DNA of 62,063 bases, filler included, from Nitrospinae bacterium RIFCSPLOWO2_12_FULL_45_22 (GTDB taxonomy: Bacteria; 2-12-FULL-45-22), in NCBI GenBank assembly GCA_001803565.1. It is 6 parts of 6 records of this genome, joined end to end, with 100 filler letters (N's around TTAATTAATTAA, not from the genome) between each part and the next. Parts side by side here need not be neighbours in the genome. Positions count along the whole stretch, not along the records: positions 37,564 to 49,756 come from MHDQ01000299.1; positions 49,857 to 62,063 come from MHDQ01000301.1; 4 more parts are not named here. The stretch is one strand, 5' to 3'. Of this stretch, positions 44,777-54,625 are shown in pieces. A model generated the notes under the pieces. It was not told where the DNA came from, searched no databases, and saw only the letters and a program-made list of their open reading frames with translations. The position numbers were made by a program, and so were the translations under genes. The stretch's first letter is position 1. Every line of letters begins with the position of its first letter.

Positions 44777-47700
44777 ATGATCAACAAGATCATTGAGCTT
44801 TGTGCGTACAATAAATTTATCGTATTCCTCTTCATCGGCATGATGGTCTTTGCCGGGTTCTATGCCATGAAGAACATTACGTTGGATGCAATTCCTGATC
44901 TGTCGGATACGCAGGTCATCATTTATTCCCGCTGGGACCGCAGCCCAGACATTATGGAAGATCAGGTGACCTATCCGATTATTACCGCCATGCTGGGTGT
45001 GCCAAGGGTAAAGGACATTCGCGGCTTTTCCGACTTTGGTTATTCCTACGTCTACATTATCTTTGAGGATGGGACGGACATTTATTGGGCACGATCGCGC
45101 ACTATTGAATATTTGAGCAACATCCTCCCGAGGCTCCCTGAAGGGGTAAATGTGGAACTGGCACGGGACGAGACGGCAGTGGGCTGGGTATTCCAGTATG
45201 CCCTGGTGGATACTACCGGGAAGCACAATCTGGCACAACTGCGTACTATGCAGGATTGGTATCTCCGATATTATCTCCAGGCAGTCCCGGGCGTTGCGGA
45301 GGTAGCGCCCATTGGTGGCTTCGTCCGTCAATACCAGGTAAATCTCGATCCGAACAGACTGCTGGCTTACAAAATCCCGTTGGATAAGGTAATTGAGGTA
45401 ATCAAAGAGGGGAATAACGATGTGGGTGGACGGCTGGTGGAATTTTCCGGTCGCGAGTATATGGTCAGGGGTCGCGGCTATATCCGCTCAGTGGCTGATA
45501 TCGAGAACATCGTGGTCGTCGCCAATATGGAAACCGGTACACCCATCCTGGTAAAGCATCTCGGCACGGTGGTCTTGGGCCCGGACATCCGCCGAGGGAT
45601 TGCCGAGTTGGATGGTAAGGGCGAGACCGTGGGCGCCATTGTTATCATGCGCTATGGCGAGAATGCACTCAAAGTAATCGAGCGTGTGAAGACTAAGATA
45701 GCGGAAATCGAGCCCAGCTTACCCAAAGGCGTGAAGATTGTCACTACATACGATCGTGCTGAATTGATAGAGCGTTCCATTGAAACGTTGAAACATACAC
45801 TTATTGAGGAATTGACCATCGTAAGTCTGGTGATCCTTATCTTTCTTTGGCACATCCCCAGCGCCATCATTCCTATAATCACCATTCCTATCACCATTAT
45901 CATCTCCTTCATTCCTATGTACGGTATGAAGCTCACGGCCAATATTATGTCGTTGGGGGGAATCGCTATCGCCATCGGAGCCATGGTGGACGCAGCCATT
46001 GTGGTGGTGGAACAGACCCATAAGAAGCTGGAACACTGGGACGCAGAAGGGCGGCCGGGCGATTTCAAGGATGTTGTCATTGGTGCGGTCAAGGAAGTGG
46101 GTGGGCCAAGCTTCTTTGCGCTACTCGTTATAGCCGTCTCGTTCATGCCGGTCTTCACGCTGGAGGGGCAGGAAGGCCGTCTTTTCAAGCCGCTGGCTTT
46201 TACCAAGAACTTCTCTATGGCCATAGCCGCATTGCTGGCTATCACGCTAGATCCGGCGATCCGACTACTCTTTACCCACATGAAGGAATATACCTTTCAG
46301 CCGCGTTGGCTCGCTAAGGTAACGAATGCTATCCTGGTGGGCAAGATTCATAGCGAAGAGAAGCATCCCATCAGCCGGCCACTGATGAGAGTATACCACC
46401 CCATCGTAGAATTCGTCCTGCGCCATCAATGGGCCACCATCATGGCAGCGGTGCTTGTAGTGACATTGACCATTCCTATCTTCTCCCGCCTCGGATCAGA
46501 GTTCATGCCACCACTGGATGAAGGCGTGCTGCTCTATATGCCTACGACACTGCCGGGCATCTCGGTAACCGAGGCGCAGAAACTCCTTCAGGTACAAGAT
46601 AAGATACTTAAATCCTTTCCCGAGGTGGAGAGGGTATTCGGCAAAGCAGGAAGAGCTGAGACTGCCACAGATCCAGCGCCTTTCTCCATGATGGAGACAG
46701 TAGTTGCCCTTAAACCTCATGACCAGTGGCCCAAGGTGCGCCGCTGGTATTCGGAATGGGCCCCGGAGTGGTTACAGAATATCTTGCGCCGCGCCTGGCC
46801 CGATCATAAAAATACCCAGGAGCTGATCTATGGGCCTGGCGGATTCAATGAAGCTATGCAATTTCCAGGAGTGGTCAATGCCTGGACCATGCCCATCAAA
46901 GCCCGGGTGGATATGCTGACAACCGGTGTCAGAACACCCGTAGGTATTAAGATTCTTGGAACGGACTTGAATAAGATCCAGGAGATCGGCCAACATATTG
47001 AGATGGTATTAAAAGATGTGCCCGGGACCACCAGCATATTTGCCGAACGAACCGCAGGCGGCTACTTTCTGGACTTTGCCTTGAAGCGTGAGGAGCTGGC
47101 TCGCTATGGCCTGACTATTGGGCAGGCGGAGATGGCTATCATGTCAGCGGTGGGCGGCGATAATATCACCACCACGGTCGAGGGCCGGGAACGTTATCCG
47201 GTCAATGTGCGCTACCTGCGGGATTACCGCAGTACAATTGACCGGTTAAGCCGTACTTTGGTGTCCACCATGAGTGGCGCACAGATTCCCCTGGCTCAAA
47301 TTGCAGATATCAAGCTGCTATCAGGGCCTGGAATGATTCGGGATGAGAATGGTCGCTTGAGTGGCTATGTTTATGTAGATGTTTCTGGTCGGGATGTGGG
47401 TGGGTATGTGGCTGAGGCGAAAAGAGTTGTAAGAGAAAAGGTCCCATCACTGCCCGGCTATACCCTGGTATGGAGTGGGCAATATGAATATATGCAGCGG
47501 GTGGCCGAGAGGCTACTGGTCGTAGTGCCCATCACGCTCTTCATTATATTCCTTTTGCTCTACTTCAACACCCGTTCGGTGGCCAAGACACTAATCATCC
47601 TCCTGGCAGTGCCCTTCTCGGCTGTAGGTGCCATATGGTTTCTCTATCTCCTGGGTTATAACACGAGCATTGCCGTCTGGGTCGGACTGATAGCGCTTAT

Positions 47701-48058
47701 GGGTGTAGATGCAGAGACGGGTGTGTTCATGCTGCTTTATCTAGACCTTGCCTATTATGAGATGCGCGACAAAGGCCTGATGAAGACAAAGGAGCAATTA
47801 CGCGAAGCGATTGTCCACGGCGCTGTCAAGCGGCTGCGACCGAAATTCATGACCGTGGCTGTGATGTTCATGGGCCTGGTCCCTATTATGTGGTCCACGG
47901 GCGCCGGTGCCGATGTGATGAAGCGCATAGCCGCACCGATGATCGGGGGCATCTTTACTTCGTTTATCATGGAACTGGTAGTTTATCCGGCCATTTATGA
48001 GATATGGCGCTGGTATTTTCATGTGAGGAAGGAAGCAAAGCTGAGCGTGCAACCTTAG
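44777..48058 (+). CDS. cusA: Cu(I)/Ag(I) RND efflux pump
   Basis: DAIPDLSDTQVI, EDQVTYPI, GAMVDAAIV, SEFMPPLDEG.LLYMP, RLRPKFMT. Confidence 0.93.
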   Translation: MINKIIELCAYNKFIVFLFIGMMVFAGFYAMKNITLDAIPDLSDTQVIIYSRWDRSPDIMEDQVTYPIITAMLGVPRVKDIRGFSDFGYSYVYIIFEDGTDIYWARSRTIEYLSNILPRLPEGVNVELARDETAVGWVFQYALVDTTGKHNLAQLRTMQDWYLRYYLQAVPGVAEVAPIGGFVRQYQVNLDPNRLLAYKIPLDKVIEVIKEGNNDVGGRLVEFSGREYMVRGRGYIRSVADIENIVVVANMETGTPILVKHLGTVVLGPDIRRGIAELDGKGETVGAIVIMRYGENALKVIERVKTKIAEIEPSLPKGVKIVTTYDRAELIERSIETLKHTLIEELTIVSLVILIFLWHIPSAIIPIITIPITIIISFIPMYGMKLTANIMSLGGIAIAIGAMVDAAIVVVEQTHKKLEHWDAEGRPGDFKDVVIGAVKEVGGPSFFALLVIAVSFMPVFTLEGQEGRLFKPLAFTKNFSMAIAALLAITLDPAIRLLFTHMKEYTFQPRWLAKVTNAILVGKIHSEEKHPISRPLMRVYHPIVEFVLRHQWATIMAAVLVVTLTIPIFSRLGSEFMPPLDEGVLLYMPTTLPGISVTEAQKLLQVQDKILKSFPEVERVFGKAGRAETATDPAPFSMMETVVALKPHDQWPKVRRWYSEWAPEWLQNILRRAWPDHKNTQELIYGPGGFNEAMQFPGVVNAWTMPIKARVDMLTTGVRTPVGIKILGTDLNKIQEIGQHIEMVLKDVPGTTSIFAERTAGGYFLDFALKREELARYGLTIGQAEMAIMSAVGGDNITTTVEGRERYPVNVRYLRDYRSTIDRLSRTLVSTMSGAQIPLAQIADIKLLSGPGMIRDENGRLSGYVYVDVSGRDVGGYVAEAKRVVREKVPSLPGYTLVWSGQYEYMQRVAERLLVVVPITLFIIFLLLYFNTRSVAKTLIILLAVPFSAVGAIWFLYLLGYNTSIAVWVGLIALMGVDAETGVFMLLYLDLAYYEMRDKGLMKTKEQLREAIVHGAVKRLRPKFMTVAVMFMGLVPIMWSTGAGADVMKRIAAPMIGGIFTSFIMELVVYPAIYEIWRWYFHVRKEAKLSVQP

Positions 48059-48217
48059 TCATTGTAACCAACTAACCTAAAATGCTGTCTAAAGATAAGT
48101 GAGGGAGGAAATATTGTTGAAAAACCTATCAAAGACAAAATAAAGGAGGTGGTTTCCCAGGGCAGGTATCCTGGGATGAGAGGTTGTCGAGAAACGCTTT
48201 GATTTAATAATGCGGTT

Positions 48218-48386
48218 GTAAGCGTTCAGCGGTCAGCTATCAGCGATCAGCAAGACAAAAGAATAGCCAAGAGGCAGTGGGCCATAGGCGAGAGGCAAGA
48301 AAATCTAGCTTCTGGCATATGGCCTCTTGTCCTTGGCCTATAGCCTGTTTTAGCTGAAAGCTGACGACTGAAAGCTGAACGCTTAC
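48218..48386. repeat. Nested heptamer-periodic inverted-repeat element
   Basis: GTAAGCGTTCAGCGGTCAGCTATCAGCGATCAGC ... GCTGAAAGCTGACGACTGAAAGCTGAACGCTTAC with an inner AGGC/GCCT heptamer hairpin. Confidence 0.85.
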
Positions 48387-48419
48387 ATGCGGTTTAACTT
48401 AACAAGAGGAGGAGTAAGG

Positions 48420-48953
48420 ATGAGTAATAAGAAAGGAACGGTAGTATATCTAAGCATTATGGCCCTGGCCGCTCTTTTTATCCAGGGTTGTACGATTGCC
48501 CGGTGGCATGACCGGATGATGCAGTCAGCTATGGGCTGTATGGGTATGGGAGGACATGGCGGCCAGCAAGAGGCCGCCACTTTGGTGTCTCCCGGCCTCT
48601 GTCAATCTTCTGTGTATCTGGAGAATAAAGATGAATTGGGCCTTACATCAGACCAGATAGAGAAGCTGAAAGACTTAGGTGTTAATTGCCAGAAGGATCT
48701 GATCGCTAAAGAAGCGGCGATAAAGACCGCCGGGCTAGACTATCAGACTCTGCTGGACAATTTGGCTAAAAATAAGGTTGGACGTTCTCCAGTAGAGGCA
48801 AAAGGTAAAGAGATAGCCGAGCTTTATGCCCAGATACTCCTCATTCCCTTAGGGTATCAGGAAAAGGCAATGGCTATTTTGACGAGCACGCAAAAGGAGC
48901 GGTTAGGAGACATCTCACCTTCTGAGCACAAGGCCGGTCACCACGGCCATTAG
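48420..48953 (+). CDS. Spy/CpxP-like periplasmic lipoprotein, Met/His-rich
   Basis: Lipobox IQG-C, MMQSAMGCMGMGGHG, ELGLTSDQIEKL, ILTSTQKERL; SD GAGGAG before ATG 48420. Confidence 0.75.
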   Translation: MSNKKGTVVYLSIMALAALFIQGCTIARWHDRMMQSAMGCMGMGGHGGQQEAATLVSPGLCQSSVYLENKDELGLTSDQIEKLKDLGVNCQKDLIAKEAAIKTAGLDYQTLLDNLAKNKVGRSPVEAKGKEIAELYAQILLIPLGYQEKAMAILTSTQKERLGDISPSEHKAGHHGH

Positions 48954-48976
48954 ACTAAACTAGTCGAGCATTTTTT

Positions 48977-49046
48977 GCCGAGCAAGGCCCTGCGGCTACA
49001 TTATTTTTGCTGCTGTAGCTGTAGTAGCAGCAGGGCCTTGCCCTGC
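48977..49046. repeat. Pair of GTAG-foot REP-like hairpins
   Basis: RC of 48977-48999 is GTAGCCGCAGGGCCTTGCTCGGC; 49024-49046 is GTAGCAGCAGGGCCTTGCCCTGC. Confidence 0.7.
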
Positions 49047-49176
49047 CTAATTAGTACAGAGGGGAGGTGATGCTTGTTGAAGGACAGGGATTCTCTATCG
49101 TAGTTTGACCTGATCTTTTAGTGGATATGTTTGAGGTTTTCAATAAATAAGCTAATAAGTAGAGGAGAAATAAACA

Positions 49177-49587
49177 ATGAAACGGATAATTTTTTCTTTA
49201 GGGATCATTACCACAGTAGCCATGTTGGTCTTTGCTAATATTGCTATTGCAGAAGAACAAGCCGGCTCAGGGGATACGGTGCAGTGCGCTTATGATGGCA
49301 TGAAGGGGCCCAAGAATGCTATAAAGGCCCAGATGGACTATGAAGGTAAGACCTATTATTTCTGTACCGAGGAAGAGAAGGAAAAATTTGCTCAGGAGCC
49401 GGAAAAATACCTCAAGATGCGCGAAGCAGAGCATGAGGGAATGCATGAGGAGTCTGGAGAAGAGCATGGAGAACACCAGGAGGAACAACATCAGAAACAT
49501 GGTGGTATGATGGAAGGTATGGGCATGGGTAGTGGTTCAGGCCAGGGTGGTATGCCTGGCGGCTCTGGCGCCCGCCACGGCCATTAA
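49177..49587 (+). CDS. Secreted YHS-domain protein with His/Met-rich tail
   Basis: Signal peptide, CAYDGM..YEGKTYYFC..FAQEPEKYL. Confidence 0.85.
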   Translation: MKRIIFSLGIITTVAMLVFANIAIAEEQAGSGDTVQCAYDGMKGPKNAIKAQMDYEGKTYYFCTEEEKEKFAQEPEKYLKMREAEHEGMHEESGEEHGEHQEEQHQKHGGMMEGMGMGSGSGQGGMPGGSGARHGH

Positions 49588-49756
49588 TTAAAAATAGGCG
49601 GGACATCCTTGTCTCGCCCTGAACCTGCTTGTCTCTCCTTTAACCTGGACGTAGATGAAGGCAGATTTTCAAGATTTTAGAACGTTTCTTAATTATACAG
49701 AGCGACATAATTATTTGCGCATACCAACATTGCCCGTCATTCCGGGCTTGACCCGG

Positions 49757-49856
49757 NNNNNNNNNNNNNNNNNNNNNNNNNNNNNNNNNNNNNNNNNNNN
49801 TTAATTAATTAANNNNNNNNNNNNNNNNNNNNNNNNNNNNNNNNNNNNNNNNNNNN
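49757..49856. other. Artificial contig linker
   Basis: N44-TTAATTAATTAA-N44. Confidence 0.98.
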
Positions 49857-50188
49857 CTCACTATCACATAGGAATAAAAAGACCAGGAAACCTGTTCCTG
49901 GTCTGACCGGGAAGGGATAGGGCTGCCGTTAGGATGCGAATGATAAAAGCCCAGTACATCCTTTTCTTCTTCAGCCACCTGCTGGAATATCTTCATTAAC
50001 TCTTTAGGTTCAATCTGGAACCAGTCCTTTCTTTGGCCTGCTACAACATTAATAGTTTGATACACCTCAGAGACTATCTTTTTGCCCTCCCTTACCCTTC
50101 CTACCAGGACACCACAACACTCATAGGGGAATAGCTCCTGGGCATGTTTCATCAATACCGGGAAAAATTCCTTTTTCAATCCTAACAT
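49857..50188 (-). CDS. JAB/M67 metallopeptidase (Mec-like), 3'-partial
   Basis: PYECCGVL, YHSHPNG...PSRSD JAMM motif. Confidence 0.9.
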
Positions 50189-51091
50189 TTTCTCCCCTTA
50201 GATGACGACTATAGAAAAATTACTTCCCAAATCATTGTATGAGTAACATCCGGCTGGGAACCGCTCCTACGGATTATTGTATCATATCTCCGTGGTGAAC
50301 GCTTATATGGAGGCATTCGCAAAATAACGATTTCCTGGATGGGTATTTAACCCTTTGTGCTCAGAAGAAGTCTTTCAGGGGGTAGCTGGGAATGGATAAT
50401 CTTCATAAGCTGGCCAAAAAGAATAAATAATAATCCGGTGAGTATTCCACCAACTGTAAAGCCAGCCAGCCTTAGCCTAGCCCCGTCCTCTAAACGCTTT
50501 CCTTCTTTGTTTACTTATCCGGACAAATAAAGTGCTTAATAGTTCTGGTAATAAGAATAAAGAATGGTTTTTCTGGATATGGATATTCCTGAAATGGCTG
50601 TGGGTAATTTTGTAACTAAAAGAATAAATATGGGGCAGGATAAGATTATTCCGGGAGAGCATAGGCTATTTCTCCCTTATACAAAAGCCTTTATCCCGGA
50701 GAATCAAAGAGGCTCAAACCGTGCTTAAAGACTTGACTAAGGTCTACCCGAGACAAATTAGAATTATGTAGCCATTTTACCAGGGGGGGGATGTCAAGCA
50801 AATTTTTTACTCTCTTTAAAGAAACTCCTTATTTATCCTTTATTTGATCTTATGAGAAACTCTCCGGTTATAGTGATAATTTCTATGTCAGAATGGAGCC
50901 AAGCGGTCTCTGGCCGGCTTTGCTTAAAATATTCTTTTTAGCCTTACCTAGGTAATAGGGTGAATTTCTGGAGCAAACTTAACTCATTGGGCAATCTATT
51001 GTACCTAATACGGATTATTTGTCAATAAAATTGGTCCTATTGGTGCATTCAAAATTCCTCCTCTAGGAGTAATGGTAAGTGAAGGAGAGGA

Positions 51092-51412
51092 ATGATGAAT
51101 AAGAAAGAGCTATTAGGGGCCAGGATTAAAGAGCTGAGAAAAATTAAAGGATTATCGCAAGAAGGTCTAGCGGAGAAGGTTGATATAAGCCCTAACTATT
51201 TGGGCCGGATAGAGCGGGGTAAAGAGAACCCTACTTTGGATATGCTGTTGAGGCTGGCGGAGGCACTAGGGGTGGAGCTATGGGAGATATGTGACTTTGG
51301 CCATCAAATGACCATTAAGGATATAAAGGAAACATTGCATAGACTAGTCAAAGAAGCAGATGAGGAAAGGTTGAGGTTACTCATAAAGATTGTTATGGCA
51401 GTGGTTAGGTAA
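51092..51412 (+). CDS. XRE-family HTH transcriptional regulator
   Basis: LGARIKELRK..LSQEGLAEK..IERGKENPTL. Confidence 0.92.
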   Translation: MMNKKELLGARIKELRKIKGLSQEGLAEKVDISPNYLGRIERGKENPTLDMLLRLAEALGVELWEICDFGHQMTIKDIKETLHRLVKEADEERLRLLIKIVMAVVR

Positions 51413-51510
51413 CTCAGAGAAAGGGCTTTAAATTTTGACAAATCTTGTTTAGATATGATAAAGTCATTACAGGTAACATTTTCTAAGTCTTTAAAAAGGA
51501 GACCTCTGTC

Positions 51511-51702
51511 ATGGAACTCACGAAAAAACAGGCGGAGAAATTAGAAGATATGGACATTGTCACAGCGGCCCAGGAGGCTAGAGAAGAAGCCAGTCGGTTA
51601 TTGAATGACCAGGGGTTTGCTATACTCTCTCTTGCTGTGGCTAACTTCATAGCAGAGATTGTTGAACATCCAGCTAAACTTGTTAAGGAATTTGCCCATT
51701 GA
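51511..51702 (+). CDS. Putative antitoxin
   Basis: 63 aa, SD AAGGAG, stop overlaps the PIN gene start. Confidence 0.6.
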   Translation: MELTKKQAEKLEDMDIVTAAQEAREEASRLLNDQGFAILSLAVANFIAEIVEHPAKLVKEFAH

Positions 51703-52142
51703 AGGTGTACCTCGACACCTCTGTTATTACCATCTATCTTTTTGGCCCATATTCTAAAAGGGAAAATAGGAGGCTCCCTTCCGTCAATGAACTCTTTAAA
51801 CGTATCAACGAAAAACATCTTCATGCTTTGATATCTCTTTATACCCTCCAAGAAATTTATATCTTTTGTAAAATACATTTCGCTACTGATGAAGTAGGGC
51901 ATATTGCCAAAAAGGCACTTGCCTTTCTGTTTCAAAACGACTTTGAACTTATTGGCTTATTGAGCAGGGAAGATCATCTTATTTATAATAGGCAGTTTAA
52001 TCTCGATGACCCTTCTGACCAACCCCATGCCATAAGTGCCTATCCTAGTAAATGCGATGCCATTATTACCTACGATACACATTTTCAAAAGATAAAGGAC
52101 AAAATTCCTGCCTATACCCCTGAGGAAGCAATCACAAAGTAG
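51699..52142 (+). CDS. PIN-domain (VapC-like) toxin
   Basis: VYLDTSV, TLQEI, DPSDQPH, IITYDTHF. Confidence 0.85.
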   Translation: MKVYLDTSVITIYLFGPYSKRENRRLPSVNELFKRINEKHLHALISLYTLQEIYIFCKIHFATDEVGHIAKKALAFLFQNDFELIGLLSREDHLIYNRQFNLDDPSDQPHAISAYPSKCDAIITYDTHFQKIKDKIPAYTPEEAITK

Positions 52143-52315
52143 AGTGGGTTACGTCTGACCTGTCTGTAGAACAAGTAACATTTCCCATATTCTCGCTATC
52201 TCTGATAGAATAGTGAGTTGACAAAAGATAGGTGATATGTTAGAGAAGTGCCGAAGTTTGTGATTTTCAATGATATATCAGAGGAGAGGCAATATAGAAT
52301 GAGGGAGGTAAGATA

Positions 52316-52483
52316 ATGGGAAAGGTCAAAAACTTATTCGGTACGGTGTGTGAAAATTGTCCTTTGTGTAAATATGCCCGGAATAACCCCGATACCCCTA
52401 TAGGCAAGATTATGGAATGGCACGGCAAATGGTGCCCGGCCTGGCAGGCATATTTAGAGACAAAGGAGCAAGAAGAGAGGTAA
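52316..52483 (+). CDS. Small Cys-rich protein (55 aa; absent from the ORF track)
   Basis: SD GGGAGGT; MGKVKNLFGTVCENCPLCKYARNNPDTPIGKIMEWHGKWCPAWQAYLETKEQEER. Confidence 0.75.
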   Translation: MGKVKNLFGTVCENCPLCKYARNNPDTPIGKIMEWHGKWCPAWQAYLETKEQEER

Positions 52484-52549
52484 GTGACTGTACCAACTAA
52501 TTAAGTCGGGTATAGTTGCAAGATTCGACAACGTAGGAGGGGCAAAACA

Positions 52550-53290
52550 ATGAATCCGCATACTATTAGGCCATTGACGGTATTAGAAGGGGTAGAGTTT
52601 GAGAAGTCCTTCATGACCTATTTGACTAATATCGGGGAAAAGGCATTGCTGGAAGGCTATATCTGGTATATCCAGGGCCCTAAAGAAAATATCATTGTAG
52701 ATACTGGTGTGAAGCCAGAATCTTTTACCTTATTAAGGGCATTATTCAAGGACAGTGGTGCCCATCAACCCAGGTTTTATACGCCCGAAGAAGCCCTGGG
52801 CCGCATAGGACTGAGTCCCCAAGATATTGATCTGGTCATCGTTACGCATCTCCATTTTGACCATATCGAGCAGGGAGAAAAATATAACCGGGCTAAATTT
52901 ATTATCCAGCGAGATGAATTGGACTATGCCCTCAACCCACATCCTTCCCAGGCCCTCTTTTTACAAAAGGCAACCTTTGAGCATCTGAATTTTGAAGTTA
53001 TTGAGGGAGATTGCGAGATCGTTCCCGGGGTAAAGGTGCTTCTTACCCCTGGTCATACCCATGGAGGGCAATCCGTTGCTGTAAAAACTGATAAAGGAAC
53101 CACAGTAATTGCTGGTCTGTGTACTATTAATGAAAACTTCTATCCCCCAGACCACCTGAAGGATATTATGCCCGTGATAACGCCCGCTATCCATAAAGAC
53201 CCGTGCCAGGCCTATGATAGCTTGCTGCGGATAAAGGAGATCGCCGACACTATATATCCCTTGCAGCAATCCGGCCTATCCCGCTTATGA
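52550..53290 (+). CDS. Metallo-beta-lactamase fold, AHL-lactonase-like
   Basis: VDTG, THLHFDH, TPGHTHG. Confidence 0.88.
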   Translation: MNPHTIRPLTVLEGVEFEKSFMTYLTNIGEKALLEGYIWYIQGPKENIIVDTGVKPESFTLLRALFKDSGAHQPRFYTPEEALGRIGLSPQDIDLVIVTHLHFDHIEQGEKYNRAKFIIQRDELDYALNPHPSQALFLQKATFEHLNFEVIEGDCEIVPGVKVLLTPGHTHGGQSVAVKTDKGTTVIAGLCTINENFYPPDHLKDIMPVITPAIHKDPCQAYDSLLRIKEIADTIYPLQQSGLSRL

Positions 53291-53349
53291 TTAGACAAAT
53301 GAAGCTGCAGAGCTAAAATAGTTAACTCATGGCAGGCCATTCCGCCGAA

Positions 53350-54621
53350 TTATTCTCTGAAGAGGATCTCTAAAAAGGCCTCTAGCCGGGTCTTTATCTG
53401 CCCCTCGGCAAAGTCATCAGGATCGGCACTATTTGATTCAAAGATCAATACCGGCAATTGGCATTCTTCCTGGAGCCATTGCATAATATCCAATCGGCCA
53501 TTGGATAGTCCTTTACAGCCCCGATTAGAATGGCATATGACCCCATCTATCTTATATTCCTTAATCATCGTCTTAAAAATGCGCTGATGAACCTGATAGG
53601 TTAAGGCAGAGGCCCTATCCACCATATATTCCGTCATGGTCCTTAGCGCCTGGGGATAGGTGGACGGCTCTACTAAAGGCTTCTTTTCGGCCCCTGCTTT
53701 TTCGCCGTCTATCCCCATGGTTTTATAAGCCGTGCCCCACATGCTGGTATAAGGAGAGGCCACAAATATGGCTCCCAGTTTCTCCAATTGATTGAACATA
53801 GAGAGGTTATACCACATAGGTATATTATCCCATAGTAATCGTTTCTTCTCTGGGATAATCGCTCCTATCCCCTCTTCTACCCGTTCTCTTACCTCATCTC
53901 TTAACTTTTCATAAAAGGTTACCGCTTCGGGGGCCCCTCTCAATAGAAAAGATGGGGTCATCAGGGTGAGGAGGCTTTTAAAGTCCAGAGGGCTAGGCAC
54001 GGTTTTGCAATACTCCAGGATATCATCCCAGAGGGCCAATGCGCGCTGGGTATTGATAACTGATTCTATAAACCGCTCTTCATCTAGTTTCCTTCCCGTA
54101 TTCTCTTCTAAGAAGGCGATTAGTCGTTTCACCATGGCCATGTAGTACTCTATATGATAATCCTCTACTATACCGCGGGGTATCAGGGGTGTCTCCATTA
54201 TAAATAGGGGACATCCTACTAAGCGGGCGGCATTCTCCCACCATTTGAAATGTGTACTACAACCGCAACGGTTCTCTATAATAAAATCTGGCCGGGGAAA
54301 TTCCCCCAAGTGGCTTTTATTAGTTAAAACGGACCCGATAAAATTACGGCTATAGGCACATAGGTCCCGTGCATAGCCTGCCTGCTCAGTAGCCTTTAAT
54401 AGCTGTCGTGCCAGGGCGGCATCAAAAGCGACAGTAGCACCGTACGGCTCACCATAAACCGCTACAATATCGAAGGCACGGATCAATTCTGGTGGCATAC
54501 TTGCCCCCATCCATCCTAGCTTTTTACCCTCTTTTTTTGCCTGTAGGATATTGCTATAAAAATTTATGGTCAAGGCTTTACATTCATTCCAACTTTTTAA
54601 CGGTAATTTATTTTGAGCCAT
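53350..54621 (-). CDS. 2-hydroxyacyl-CoA dehydratase / benzoyl-CoA reductase BzdO-like subunit
   Basis: LKSWNECKAL, GEPYGAT, RDLCAY, CSTHFKW, HSNRGCK, IKTRLEAFLE. Confidence 0.85.
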   Translation of the reverse strand: MAQNKLPLKSWNECKALTINFYSNILQAKKEGKKLGWMGASMPPELIRAFDIVAVYGEPYGATVAFDAALARQLLKATEQAGYARDLCAYSRNFIGSVLTNKSHLGEFPRPDFIIENRCGCSTHFKWWENAARLVGCPLFIMETPLIPRGIVEDYHIEYYMAMVKRLIAFLEENTGRKLDEERFIESVINTQRALALWDDILEYCKTVPSPLDFKSLLTLMTPSFLLRGAPEAVTFYEKLRDEVRERVEEGIGAIIPEKKRLLWDNIPMWYNLSMFNQLEKLGAIFVASPYTSMWGTAYKTMGIDGEKAGAEKKPLVEPSTYPQALRTMTEYMVDRASALTYQVHQRIFKTMIKEYKIDGVICHSNRGCKGLSNGRLDIMQWLQEECQLPVLIFESNSADPDDFAEGQIKTRLEAFLEILFRE

Positions 54622-54625
54622 TTTC

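Noticed and set aside
44615-46281. Long antisense ORFs (238 and 209 aa) opposite cusA, and similar shadow ORFs elsewhere
   Set aside because: They lie opposite well-supported genes and lack motifs; explained by codon bias
50200-50790. Possible gene or riboswitch upstream of the JAB peptidase (61-aa ORF; CGGGATAAAGGC resembling ykkC)
   Set aside because: No recognisable protein motif in the minus-strand frames checked, and the rest of the riboswitch consensus is missing
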